Shown: in pieces, positions 1 to 12,046 of the stretch
How the letters are laid out: each line of letters opens with the position of its first letter
How positions within the stretch are numbered: position 1 is the stretch's first letter
Assembly: GCA_965637545.1 (NCBI GenBank)
Contig: OZ281494.1
Coordinates: 11,532,001 to 11,596,000 of the forward strand
DNA from: Phallusia mammillata
Lineage: Eukaryota
Length of the DNA stretch: 64,000 nt
Direction: 5' to 3'
Made by a program: the position numbers and the translations under genes
Notes under the pieces: model-generated
Told to the model about the DNA's origin: nothing
The model's database searches: none
Seen by the model: only the letters and a program-made list of their open reading frames with translations

Positions 1-409
1 TACATTACTAAAATTATTCTGCAACAACATGTAAGATTGATTTAACCAAGGTTTACAAGACACATACAAATCCAAAGGCCATTTGTTACATCACAGACAA
101 GACTGAAACCATCAATGACTTTGCTGTTGTGCGCGAATAAAAGCCTTTCCTTTGTTGATTGTGATGCAATAAATGACTAATGCAAGCATAGCAGACTCTT
201 CAGTATTCCAAAAAGTTTAATCTCTCACAGTAGCACTATTTAAACTAAATAAGATTGCAGTATACCGTTAGGGTTCAGACCAAAGCGCTCCACAAATTTA
301 TTTCATTTAAAGAATATTTTTTTGTTAACGTAGGGCACAAAACATGTTTATAAAAATAACAGAGGGGGAAATTCGAAGTTGGTGATTGACTTTAGTGGGA
401 AACCACACC

Positions 410-490
410 AAAAAGGTTAAGAACCACTGGTTTATTCTATGGCAGTGGTTCTCAACTCGTTTCGGGCCATGGACCACCGGCCCAGTAAAA
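410..490. mobile_element. Two back-to-back hAT (Buster-type) MITE termini, degraded
   Basis: Minus-strand CAGTGGTTCTTAACCTTTTT ends at 429 and plus-strand CAGTGGTTCTCAAC starts at 443, followed by GGGCC/GGACC subterminal motifs. Partner ends and TSDs were not found. Confidence 0.45.
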
Positions 491-726
491 ATAACATCGT
501 GGACCATTTCTATTTGGAGCAAGATTAAAGTACGCATACGAAACAACCATTTGGGCTTGAAACATAATTCTTTAAAACCGATTTTAAAGAAGTGAGATAC
601 AATTATGAACGGCTTAAATTTTGATACACTTCAAAATCAAACACTTGAGTCGACACTTCAAAAACTTTATGTACAAATTATTCAGTCTCAAATGCTTCGT
701 TAGGCTTTATGTAAAACAAATCATAC

Positions 727-3700
727 CTGCAGGTCAAAGTTCTTTCTGGTGGATGCGGGAGTGCTTGGTAAATTCGATTTGAATGGAGTTAATGAAACCC
801 GGGATGGGCGCTTTGTGCGCTCTGCCGGGGTTTTGGTTATTGCCACTTTCGTTGGCGTCTTGGCAACTGTAAAACGAGCGATGTTAAAACAAAATCGTTG
901 CGGAAGATGGTAAAGTTAAAGTCCCAAAACACAGCTGTATATTAAAGTTGTGTGTCGTTATGGGTCAATTTAAGCATAAATAAACTATAAGAGCAGCACG
1001 TTCAACCGAGCTTTAGAAAACATAATGTTATGCGTTATACTTTCACAGTAACCAGTAATTTTCTGAAATCTCCGATTGTATAGATTGGTAACTGTCACGC
1101 ACCGAGGAAATAGGCCCTGACGAAATTAGTTGGATATCAAAACAACTGAATATTACATAAATAACGTCTGCGCTGACGTCACACAAGGTCAGCTAGATTC
1201 GAACCAGGCATGAACTACAACTTTATTACTTGTCTCGTGGTTTATATTTAGATATTTATGGGAATACAATTGTCAAAAAGGCAATTCAAAACCATTACTG
1301 ACATGTTACTGCAACTTTCTTTGGTGTGACGAGTTTCGAAGATTTGCGGCCAAAGTTAGTGTTGATTCCCATTGATAAATTGACAGTTGGTTTAAGCGTG
1401 GACGATTTTCTGTGCAAAAAACATCAGGTATTCAATATTGAACAAACATCAATACACAACAAAGATGGTTTAGGGGGTTTACGACAAAACTACATCTAAC
1501 ACTTACCCACAACATAATCTATAGATTACCTTGGACAAGTTTTTCTAATATTTGTAAATCACATGAGTTGTACAAGAAGATTTCTAACCTGTTTTGAGTC
1601 ACTTTTCTGTTGTTTACTGGAGTAAGAATGTTGGGTCTTACAATCTTTGTATTTGGTGTCTAGAAAAACAAGGATTAAATTATTGTGTTTTTTTAGGCAA
1701 AGCTGTTAGGTTAGAAATGATCAAACTCCACCCCAAAAGCACAGTTCCTCTTATGCTCATGTATAGCTTACCTTCACACATTTTGCATTAAAAGGCAATT
1801 GTTATCTTGTTTAGAGGCACTTAATTTACTGAGCTTTGTAAAAAAAATAACATATACCTTGGGTTTTGATAGTCGACTGAGAACATCCCTCTTTCTTCCA
1901 GACCCCAACAACATTTCCGCCCTCTCAGTTTTTCTCTTTTGATAATCATCAATTGACTCTAGTTTTCCAAATCCCCTAACAAATAACATTTACATAACGA
2001 ATATTCCCTGGTCAATTTGTCTTGATCTTATTTACTCACTTTTTGTGTGTTTTTGTAAACATTCCTTTGGTAGCAGAGCTTTGTATTTTTCCAACCGATA
2101 CACCTTTGGCAGCGAACATGACAGTTGAGTTGCTGGCTGACTTGCGTAGTTGTGATGGACGACCCACTAAAGCAAATAAATGAAGTTAGAACAATTCCAC
2201 TAGGGCTTTACCAAATTTAAACCAGAACTGGCATTACACTGGAGCTACGAATAAGGTCAGTGGAGAATACTTAAAAATGGCTTTTCAATACTTGGGGTAC
2301 TGAAGTATTGGGTAAAATAATAATGCATAGTCATAACCATTAAGCACAATGGACTTACACTTTTGTTCAACAGATGACAGAACAGCATCCTTCATATCCT
2401 TTTTCCACTTGGCTGAATCCCTTGTCTTTTTGGCCTAAAATAAAATACTTAGCATTTCAGAGCTGAATTGCAAATAATGTATCTTACTTAAACTGGATAA
2501 AATAGTTGATTTAGTAGATAAAAAATACATTATACAGTACCTGGGTAACATTAGCTTTTTCACTAGATCGCCTTTTCATTACAGCAGATACTCTGGAATT
2601 TTCCTTGTTTTCAATTTTAGCTGTTGTCCGTTTTTTGGGAATACTGAATGTTTTTCCTCCATTCACCTGAGCAGCAGACACAAAAGTCATATTTTGGGTG
2701 AATACTTCTATAAACAGATTGTGGCATGCAGACACTTAAAGCGGAGATTTTCAAAATCTATGCCACAGCACAACAGATTTCTAAATATATTTGCATGTAT
2801 GTAAATATTTGAATGCAACTCCAATTTCTGTGGGTGTGCATGACAGTACAAAAGGCTTATTTTAAACTTATTGAACAAAGTCTTATCTAGCACATTTCAG
2901 TTGCAATTGAATTTTTTAAAGAAGTGTCTTAGCCTGCAAAGTGTACCACTAGTCCACAACATTAAAATGATCTACCTTAGTTTTAGTTACTTTGGTGGTT
3001 TTGTACAACCTTGTCCTATTTATATCTTTCAAACCTGTTTAGTGTCTTTGGGTGTGGTAATATTTGCCACTGGCTTAGTTTCCTGGACTTTTGGTGTGGA
3101 ATCTGCAAGGCATAACTTTGCAAATAAGATACAGCACAACAAAATAAATCCTAAACATATGTTAACAAATTCATATGGTAAATTGATTAGCCCAGGTTAT
3201 TGCAAAAAAGCTTTCCAAGTTAATAGTGTGATTCTCAGTAACCAAATACCAATATATATATATACTGCTAACCTTGACGATTTCTTGATGAACTTCTTGT
3301 TCTTACGTTTCCTTTTGCATGATTGGTATCCCTACCCTGCCTTGTGTCTGTTCCAGATGCACTTTCATTTGACAGGTCCTGTTTAACACACAGTACATTA
3401 TTAAACCTACAAAGCATAAAATTTGCCAACACAGTGAAAATGAGCAGCAATTAAACAACTTCTGAGAAAACTGGGAACTTCATCACATAAAAGAATTATC
3501 AAACACAATACCATTAAATCATTGCAATCCAGTTCATTCCATTTTGGGCTGATAGAAATAATGGAACTGGTATTTTTGCTAACATCTGTCGAGTAAATAT
3601 CTGACATCAATGAATCTTCCATACCCTGAAAAAAATAGACATTCTCAGATTCATGGTGTCTACTTGGGTTCCTTCCCGGTAATGTCTCGACGGGAAATTC

Positions 3701-4992
3701 CCGGGATTTCCCGGCAAAATTACGTTCCCGAATCCCGGGAAATTTGTTTTGAATTCCTGGGAAACAGACAATCAAGCAAAAACGTGTTAATTTTGTGAAA
3801 AAATAACGAAAATGTTCAAATTTCTGCTAGCTGCTACCAAAACATGGCGTTTTGTAATTTTAATGGTAAAGTAAGTAAGCATTTTTGTACGAGATGGTAA
3901 ACTATATTTGCGAAAATGCTCTACCCAGCGGTATTAGAAAAAACAAATTTATTGTTCGTAATTTCTGAATCTTGTTTACATTAAACAAGATTGCAAATAT
4001 AGTCTTAATCGACAAAATCATGGCTAATTAGATGCCTCCAGCGACAATAAACTAATTTTAGCGATTGCAATGATGTAATTATCCACAACAAAATCAGCAC
4101 ATTTTTCGGTCGGGTTCCCGGGAAATGAAAACATTATTTCCCGATTCCCGAGAATTAAAAAATCCGGGAAATAAAGGAACCCTAGTGTCTACTGTGTCAG
4201 TACCATAGACATCAATGCTACAAACCTTTGACAAATTGCTTTCTGCTGATAATGAACAATCACCCCGTTCAGTAGTTTTATTTGTTTTCTTTGGCCTTCC
4301 TCGTTTTGACACCTTTAAAGGTGTTATCTTTACAAACAAAAATTATAAATTGTTGTTAAAGTGTTATTCACACCTTTTTCTGTAATAGGGGATAACTGCA
4401 GCACTTCAAAAATCAAATGTGTCACATAACTTCTTAGTTATCGCTTGGTGTACTATTACACTATAGCAGTGGTGATCACCTAACAATTCATTATATCTAT
4501 GCTTCTCAGAGGACACATTAGTTTTCTTTGTTGTGTTATGCCTTGTGTTTAGTTCTTATTCTTACTTGGGCCAAAATATGCTAAACAATTTAGCTACCTA
4601 CATTAAAGTCCACCACAGGTTTTTCCTGGACAAAAATATCTTGATAGATTTTTGTTGCTTTTCATCCAATTAGTCATGGTATTTTAGGTAATTAACCAAG
4701 TAACTTCTAAAAACATGACATTCTATACAGTATACAGGCTGTTTAATTATCTACCATTTCACAACGTAATGCCATACCTGTTCTTCCTGTAAAAACCCAC
4801 TGTCAGATTTTTGACAGTTAATAACCTCTTCAAGTAGTTTGACCAGCTTTTCATTCTGAAAACACACAAATAATTGATAAAAATTCTTAAAAACGATAAA
4901 AATGTAACAAACTTTACCTTTTGATTTGCTTTGATGCCATGTTTTTTCGCAAGCTTTTGCAATTCTGTCCTTTTAAGTGTGGCTAATTCCAT
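727..4992 (-). CDS. NUSAP1: Nucleolar and spindle-associated protein 1-like, multi-exon, partial (C-terminal exons lie left of the window)
   Basis: Phase-consistent GT-AG exons (minus strand, 5'->3'): 4992-4918, 4855-4778, 4327-4226, 3625-3512, 3378-3273, 3102-3035, 2666-2541, 2434-2359, 2166-2040, 1975-1858, 1659-1589, 1409-1303, 866-727. N-terminal SAP-like segment MELATLKRTELQKLAKKHGIKANQKNEKLVKLLEE; NUSAP-type motif FTKTHKKGFGKLESIDDYQKRK; TP-rich basic region ending TPASTRKNFDLQ. Middle low-complexity exon boundaries are less certain. Confidence 0.8.
3664..4184. mobile_element. Non-autonomous hAT element (Ac-type MITE, ~520 bp) in a NUSAP1 intron
   Basis: 8-bp direct repeat GTGTCTAC at 3656-3663 and 4185-4192. 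Termini TTGGGTTCC...GGAACCCTA (1 mismatch). Many subterminal TTCCCGGGAA-like repeats at both ends. Confidence 0.85.
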
Positions 4993-6516
4993 ATTTCTAG
5001 TTGCCTCAAAATCACTAGACTATACGGTACAAAACTGGAAGCTACAATAAAAATTTTGGTTTAGCCTAGAGACGAATGCAGAGCACAATGCAAATGAATA
5101 TTTGGCCGCTATTACAACAAATACCAGACAATACACTACAGGACTGATTCTTTAGTGATTCATAAACACAACAAAACTTTTAGCTACGCTTGAGCAACTA
5201 TATTGTACTTGTAAGCAACTACAACTGCCAAAGGCATATACGAAAACGGATGAACAAAACATTCTAGTAATTCCCTTGGGCCAAAACAAATACAGCGCCA
5301 TTTCCAGTGGCAAAAACCAACGATTGTGATTGGTTAATTTTCCCTATTGTTTCACACCGGTTCAAGTCGTTAGACAATTATTTGTTTAGTGTTTACGGTA
5401 GATAAATAATAAATATGTCAATTTAACTTATTTCGTGCACAAAAATATATCTAATTTCTTTTGTATTGCAAGAACATAATTTTTTTGTAACTTTCGCACA
5501 TTTTGGGCTGCTTTTGACATCGAGTTGCGGGCTTTTTTCATGAGTTGCGGGTTGCGCCTTTTTGGGAGGTTTTGTGAATGACATTTTCTACCATCTGTCA
5601 AGTAATGATTGCATTATTATTGTGATCTCAAAAACGTTGTAAGTTCAGTTTTGACAAAAGAACTGACGACACTGCCCACAGCGGGGGAGATTTAACATCC
5701 AGCTGAGCAAAAGAATGCTTTCAGTCCACGCAAAGACGCAATGTAGAGTTCATTTTACAAACAAAGAAATTTAATAACGCCTTCCTTGTTACCACGTAAT
5801 AAGAATTGTTTCTTGGCAAAAATTACTGTTTTAAAGGTCATCTTGCTTCCGAAAATTTTTTGTTTAAAGTAGACATTACAAATTAAAAAAAACAGCATGA
5901 AAAGTGGGTAAAAAAAACAGCATGAACAGAGTGTGTTTAATACAGTGTTACTGGAAACAGCTCATATTCAATTTTAAAATGCACAAAAATTAAATCTGAA
6001 ACGGAGAAACCTGAATCATGATAACCCTAACAGGTGAAATTAGTGAAAATCAACTGTATTTCAGGTATTCATAAAATTTGGTTCCTTTTGGGCTACCGTA
6101 CTTATGACGGGAAAGCATGATGCATGTCGAATTTTGAACAATCGTCATGCTTGACTTAACGTTCAAATACAAACGGAGAAGTGAAAAGTAAAAACTTTTG
6201 GATTGGATTTTGCTTCTGGGTTGGTATTTATTAGATAACTGCAGAAATTAACGATTAATTTGTATCCAAATAATGTTATTTGATAATCGATCTATTCATC
6301 GACATACCTAAAGTAGCTAACCTCCAACAACAATCAGAAACTTATTACATGACAATTATATGATACAATCATCTGTATGAACCATCAAGAAACAAACACA
6401 TTTTTACATTGGAATTTTTATTTAATTTTAAGGTCATATTTTTAAAATTTGCTTTTTTGTGTCATGTAGTTTAACATTAAGCTGACATGCTGTGTTTATT
6501 TCTTTGAAAAAGTGCA

Positions 6517-7035
6517 ATGAGTTCTGAACAAAATGGAGCAGATTCACCAAATCCATTTCCTGTAAGTCGACCACAATTAGATGGGAGCATTATTTTGATA
6601 AGTCCTTCACCAGATTCGATCCAAAGAAGGACAACATGGTCTAGATCCAATCAACTGGATGTTATAGATCTCACTAATAACAGTAACACTGATATTGTTG
6701 ATTTAACGGAAGCTGAGAGTAACAAACCTAAATGTGATTGCTCTAACCCAAACTGTGGCATTAACAATGGGACTGGCACTGAATGCTCCTCTTTAACTTC
6801 TGGACAACTAGACAATTCATCTGCCTGGTTTTCCACAATGACATGTCCAATATGCTTAGAAACACTGATAACCACAATACAAAAGGGACAAAAAATAAGT
6901 TCTACAATCTGTGGGCACATTTTTTGTGAGGCATGTATTTTAACAGCTATAAAAGTGGGAAAGAGGTGTCCAACATGCAGAAGGTTGCTAGCAGAGCGCC
7001 ATGTGCATCCACTATTTTTGCATTTTTCTACATGA
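6517..7035 (+). CDS. RNF4: RNF4-like SUMO-targeted E3 ubiquitin ligase, 172 aa, single coding exon
   Basis: C-terminal C3HC4 RING CPIC...CGHIFCEAC...CPTCR followed by HVHPLFL, as in RNF4. N-terminal SIM-like motifs SIILIS, DVIDLT, DIVDLT. Splice acceptor ttttaag at 6431-6432 precedes the ATG. Confidence 0.8.
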   Translation: MSSEQNGADSPNPFPVSRPQLDGSIILISPSPDSIQRRTTWSRSNQLDVIDLTNNSNTDIVDLTEAESNKPKCDCSNPNCGINNGTGTECSSLTSGQLDNSSAWFSTMTCPICLETLITTIQKGQKISSTICGHIFCEACILTAIKVGKRCPTCRRLLAERHVHPLFLHFST

Positions 7036-7378
7036 TTAAAATCATGTTTGTTAAATCTCACAACGTTAACAGTGTTACTTTTCCTATTTTTTTCTTTCTG
7101 TTAGGCATTGATGTCACCATCTCCTTTTTCTTGTGGTGCTATTGCGCCTTTTACTTAGCACAATTTTCTCGCTTTTTGCTGCTTAAAAAGTAATAGAAGA
7201 ATTTATGTTGCCGCTATATCCTCATATATGCATGGTCTTTCCAAAATAGTGTCATTAATACCACAAAAACTGCATATCAATCATATTTGTGATTGAGTTT
7301 CTTTCATTCCTTTAGTTTAATACAATATTGTATGTAACATTATGAATGTTAGCTTACATTTTTGTTATTATTATGCAC

Positions 7379-7407
7379 ATTAAATTCCTAATTATGTTCT
7401 GTTGCAG
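7379..7407 (+). promoter_or_regulatory. ATTAAA poly(A)-signal variant directly followed by a strong 3' splice acceptor (RNF4-like/BIVM junction)
   Basis: ATTAAA at 7379-7384; ttatgttctgttgcAG with AG at 7406-7407; BIVM ATG at 7454. Confidence 0.45.
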
Positions 7408-7453
7408 GTTGTAAACTTTGATAGACTTTTAGGGTGTCACTTAATGAGTAGTC

Positions 7454-10400
7454 ATGGGCAATTATGTGTGGAAGGCAAAAGGAAAACCTGCTGACCTGTA
7501 TCTTGCATCAGACTCTGACAACTTTGAACAAAGCGATGAAGAAGAATATGAAAGTTGCTTTGACAGTGAAAGCATACTATCGAGTGAACAACATAGCGCT
7601 CCTGTAGTGAAGTATGAAGGAACCCACAACTTTGAAGCAGAACCAACAGCACACCACATTAGACCCTTTCAATACCAAGAGGTTCTTTTGACAGAAGAAA
7701 AGCTCAGTGAAAAAGTTACTATTGATGAGTTCCTAACTTCCGAGTTTGATGAATATACACAGTCCGATGATATGAGTGAAATTGAAGATGACAACCTTCC
7801 ACCTACTCATAAAAATACTCAAGACGGTTCTCACCATGTAGTGACTGCTACCACCAAAAAGCCATGTTTGACAGACCAAGGGCCAGGTGGGGATGCAACT
7901 CACAAATTAATGTCAGTAAATGAGTTCATAAAATCAGAAAATGCAATAGAGCAAGCAACACAAGGAACATCTTCAATGGCATGGAATATTAGCTTCAATT
8001 CTCAATCACCTGGGATGAATGAACCATCACCTGCTTTGAAAGAGAGACTGCAGACTAAAAAACCTTTGTCAACAAAGAGAAAAGAATTTCAAAGGTATTT
8101 AATTTGGGTGTCAGTGTCCATTACCAGTTTGTCTCAGTGTGAGTTGTACAGCTATTTGCTTTTGTAGTTTTTATATTTGGTGGCTAGATTAGTGTCTGAT
8201 TAGTTACAGAATGGTGCTGACTGATCATTCTTGTCCTAATGCTTTGTTACTTTATGGCAGCAAGCCTAATATTAAAGTGAGATTTTTTTGCTGGGAATTT
8301 GGTATCATTACAAACAAATTCCCACACACAACTTTAAAGTCTTTGTTTGACTTTTGATGTCAATGTACGACATGAATTTAATAGTTTCCTGCCTCGCGTT
8401 CCTAAAGGAATTGTAAAATATTGCTACCAAAGGAATGGGAGGGGGGGTCCAAAGATGCTGGAACAAATTTGGGCAGTTAGGACAGAATACAGATACAAGG
8501 GAAATTTGGTCAAACAAACAAATTCGGTTAGTTGTGTACTATATGCTTGCATAATCCATTTAATTGCATGGAATTGAAATAATCCCAAACATAGCCAGTT
8601 GTTAACAAAATTGTTTTAAACAACTTTTAACTTAAAATTCCCGGGTTGACAAACTGGTGTCAGTGTGAACCTTCATTGTTTTGGGGGGAGTTTTGGCGTT
8701 TTGGCGTTTTTTGAATTAAGAAGCAGTACAGAAAAAAGGTAAAAGTGGTCTAATTAAGCAAGTTAACCTTTCTTGCTAATAGAAAAGGTTTCACGCTTAC
8801 CTGTGGACAGTATGAATTTTGTAGTCATTCCAAAACTTATTCAAGATTGGTGTATTACAGATCAACAAGAAAAAGTATCAGTGTTGATTATGCTAAAGAG
8901 AGAAAAGTCCTGGATTTAAGGAGATGGCACTGTATCTCAAGGCCCCAGTACAAAAAATCCTGTGGAATATCATCAGTTGTATCAGTGTGGAACTACTTAT
9001 TCAGTAACCTTGGCACAGGATCTTTGGATGCAATAACGCAAGTAAATACCCATACCTGCCCATACCCATAAGTATGAAAAAAATTTGTAACATTGTTTTG
9101 TTCCAAGGAAACTGCGCTTGGAATACTGGGCTTTAAGGAACCTTTTGATATCATACGGTTTGGTCCATTTACTGGAAATGCAACATTGATGAGATGGTTT
9201 CGAAAATTGAATGACTTTTTTGGTGTCAGTGGAAAGGCTTTCTACCTGTACAAACCGAAAGGTAGGCATGTGACACAGGCATGCGTCAATTTAGGAATCA
9301 TATTACAAAAATCAACGCCCATCGACACAGAAAAACATGCACTGTTCACAGTATTTTTGTTTTGCAGGCCGAGTTCAAACCAAACTTATGACTGACATAA
9401 TGGCCTTGGAACATTTGAAATCAGGGCTTTGCAGCAATGAAATGGCTTTTATTTACCATTGTTACAACCACTATTTTTGTCCCATTGGTTTTGAATCAAC
9501 ACCACAGGTTTGAATAAAATAATATATATTTCACAAATATTTACTAACATTTTTATCAAAAACTATTGATAAAATGCTACAGAATCCACTGGAAGCATAT
9601 GCTAGCAAGCAATGTATTGAGAATAATCAGGCCAGTCAAAAATGTGCTGATGATCTTCCTACTACACCTGTGTTTAATGAGTGGATTTTTATTGGTGAAC
9701 CAAGTAAAAACCATCCACCAATCCATTGCAAAAGGTCTGTTGCAGCTGAAACACTAAAATATATATTCACATGATTCGGAACAACAGAAGAGCAATCGTA
9801 GTTTTATTTTTACCTGGTTGGCACAAGTAACAATGCTTGTAGAATCATTTTTGGTGTTCTCATTGTAACAGTTGCCATGTTGTTTAAAACAGGGGTGTCA
9901 AACAGCGGGCCGCATGCGGCCCTTTAAGAGTTTTTGTGCGGCCCGAGAAGTCACTTTTAGAAGTTATGTGTTTTACTCAGGCAGAATACCCTGCCAGAGC
10001 AGTGAGTTCATATGATACAATCATTCTCAATTAGTGGTATATATGCAACATGTTAATAGGATGGTCGAAATAACCGATCTTTAAAATCAGCAATTGCGAT
10101 TGTTGCGTCATTGTATGCCATTGTTTTCACACAAAGCAATAAGGCACAGTTGGTTCTTTCACTCTGCTACACTGTATATCTGTTTGTTATTTATTACAAT
10201 ATTTTTTTTAATGTAGTTAATGGCATTAATGAATTAACATTTTACTTTTTAATCATGTAATTTTTTGTTGTTGTCATGTTACACTGTAACAAATTTTCGA
10301 TAGTGCGGCCCTCGGCTTACTTAAAAGTTTGTTTTTGGCCCTCAAAGTTGTTTGAGTTTGACATACCTGGTTTAAAACATCATGTTACTGAGCAGTCTTC

Positions 10401-10751
10401 TTATGGCCTAATTTTTAAATTCTTGATTGTATTGGAGTAACTGCACCAAACAAATATACGACTGTAAGACAAAAAATGGAATTTGGACAGTTTCACTTGA
10501 GGATTAGAATTCGCCAATTGTAGGCAGTGTCATTAAGATCATGCATAATAATTATTTTACAACCCCTTTTCAGATGGGATGATATTCTTCAAGATCTTCA
10601 TATGGAAGGTCCAGAGTATTACAACATAAGGCATCCTGAAAAGGGTATTCAGCATCGACGCACCAAGAAAAAAGGTGGAAACTTGCACTGTATTATAGCA
10701 TTTAAAAAAGTAGCATTCAGAGAACAAGCAAAGCGCCAGAAGAAAGTGTGA
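7454..10751 (+). CDS. BIVM: Basic immunoglobulin-like variable motif-containing protein, 481 aa, 6 exons
   Basis: Exons 7454-8094, 8861-9041, 9108-9261, 9368-9507, 9583-9734, 10574-10751 join in phase (1446 nt). Diagnostic blocks [85 protein letters not shown]. Confidence 0.95.
9890..10369. mobile_element. hAT (Buster-type) MITE, 480 bp, in BIVM intron 5
   Basis: TSD GTTTAAAA at 9882-9889 and 10370-10377. TIR CAGGGGTGTCAAAC / GTTTGACATACCTG. Subterminal GCGGCCC repeats. Confidence 0.9.
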
Positions 10752-11291
10752 ACATTTTCAGTACTGTTATTATTAGTTTCACTGTTATTATTTTTACATT
10801 TCTGTAACATTTTAGTTACACTGTGCCTTCACAATGGTTCTTCAGTATTGTACAAAAGTGGAATTTTAATTGCACTGTATATTGTGTTTTTTATATTAAC
10901 AATTCTGTATTTGCCTATTTATGTGGAAGACAATTTTTATTAACTGTTGGTACTAGCTGGTTTGTAGTTTCATTTTTCAAGGTGTTCTATGAAAGTGCTT
11001 TTGAATACATTCCTCAGTTACACACACATACAAATACATAATGCTTTGTGTCGTTTTAGTGTACAAGTTTTTAAACACAACACATTTATTGCACTTCTCA
11101 GCATGCATTGGATCACAATTTTTTTCAACATTGTTTTGTTGCATATTTGTTCAAAACAGCCCATGATATAAAATATGATTGGTTTTCAGTTCAATAGCAA
11201 AAAGGCATGTGAATATGTATGTGAGTAACTAAAAAAACGCTTTGCTAAGCCACAAGCCATTACTGTTGGCCCTGACACATCTCTCTTGGTG

Positions 11292-12046
11292 TTATGTTGT
11301 TGATGACGAACTTGAATTAGCTTGCTGTGTGTTTTCATTGGAATCAATGGAGTCCTTAGAAATAGTTTGTTTCACAAAGTCATCCCATGCAGTATCTGAT
11401 AAGTCTTTTGCCCAGGCAGGTATATTTGCTTCATCCAAATGAATGTTTTTCATTGCTACTTTGACAAGATCTACATAAAACAGAAAAACAATAAAGAAGA
11501 AAGAGCCCATTTCTTTAAGAGTGTGCCATAGTCAACAGTCACAAAAGTTGTGGCATTGTAACTAGGATGTTTTTCTGGTATGAAGCATTAGCAAATTACC
11601 TGTGTTAACAGAGAGCTCTCTTTGAGGTTGTTCTTCTTGGGAATTTTCTACAATCTCTTCATCTGAGCTAACATGTTCAGCATCATCAACTGCTTCGACC
11701 ATTGACAATGGTTCATACCTAAAACACATCGTAATCAACTGTGATAACATAAAAGTATGTTAAGTCTATTTGCACAACAATGGTCTGATCTGATAGATTG
11801 TCCTGAAGGTAATGAAATTGTAACAAATAAACTATTGATTGATTGTCGACTTTAGAAGACCACCGTACGTTTCTACATTTTGTACCCTGCGTTTTGCAAT
11901 TCGTCATTGTCTTCTTCTTCCTCGCTGCTCGACTCCACAGCAAATTGAAACTGTTGCACATTCACCAATTCGTTCTCATCGTCTTGATTGGCTTTCGGTT
12001 CAGGTTCGGGAACCAATGTACTCTCAACTGGCATGCTAACGTTCAT
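11292..12046 (-). CDS. MEA1: Male-enhanced antigen 1-like, ~152 aa, 3 exons
   Basis: Exons 12046-11886, 11718-11600, 11470-11292 join in phase (459 nt). Acidic N-terminus with GYEPL; C-terminal MEA1 motif LVKVAMKNIHL...IPAWAKDLSDTAWDDFVK. An alternative ATG lies at 12034. Confidence 0.85.

Noticed and set aside
1190-1215. B-box-like GGTTCGAATC on the minus strand as a tRNA
   Set aside because: No A-box or cloverleaf; at most a SINE relic in a NUSAP1 intron.
3407-3798. ORFs 3407-3775 (-) and 3610-3798 (+)
   Set aside because: Mostly MITE subterminal repeats; only 3625-3512 is a real NUSAP1 exon.
8210-8276. Candidate extra BIVM exon ([23 protein letters not shown])
   Set aside because: At 67 nt (phase 2 to 0) it would frameshift the next exon; 8094 splices in phase directly to 8861.
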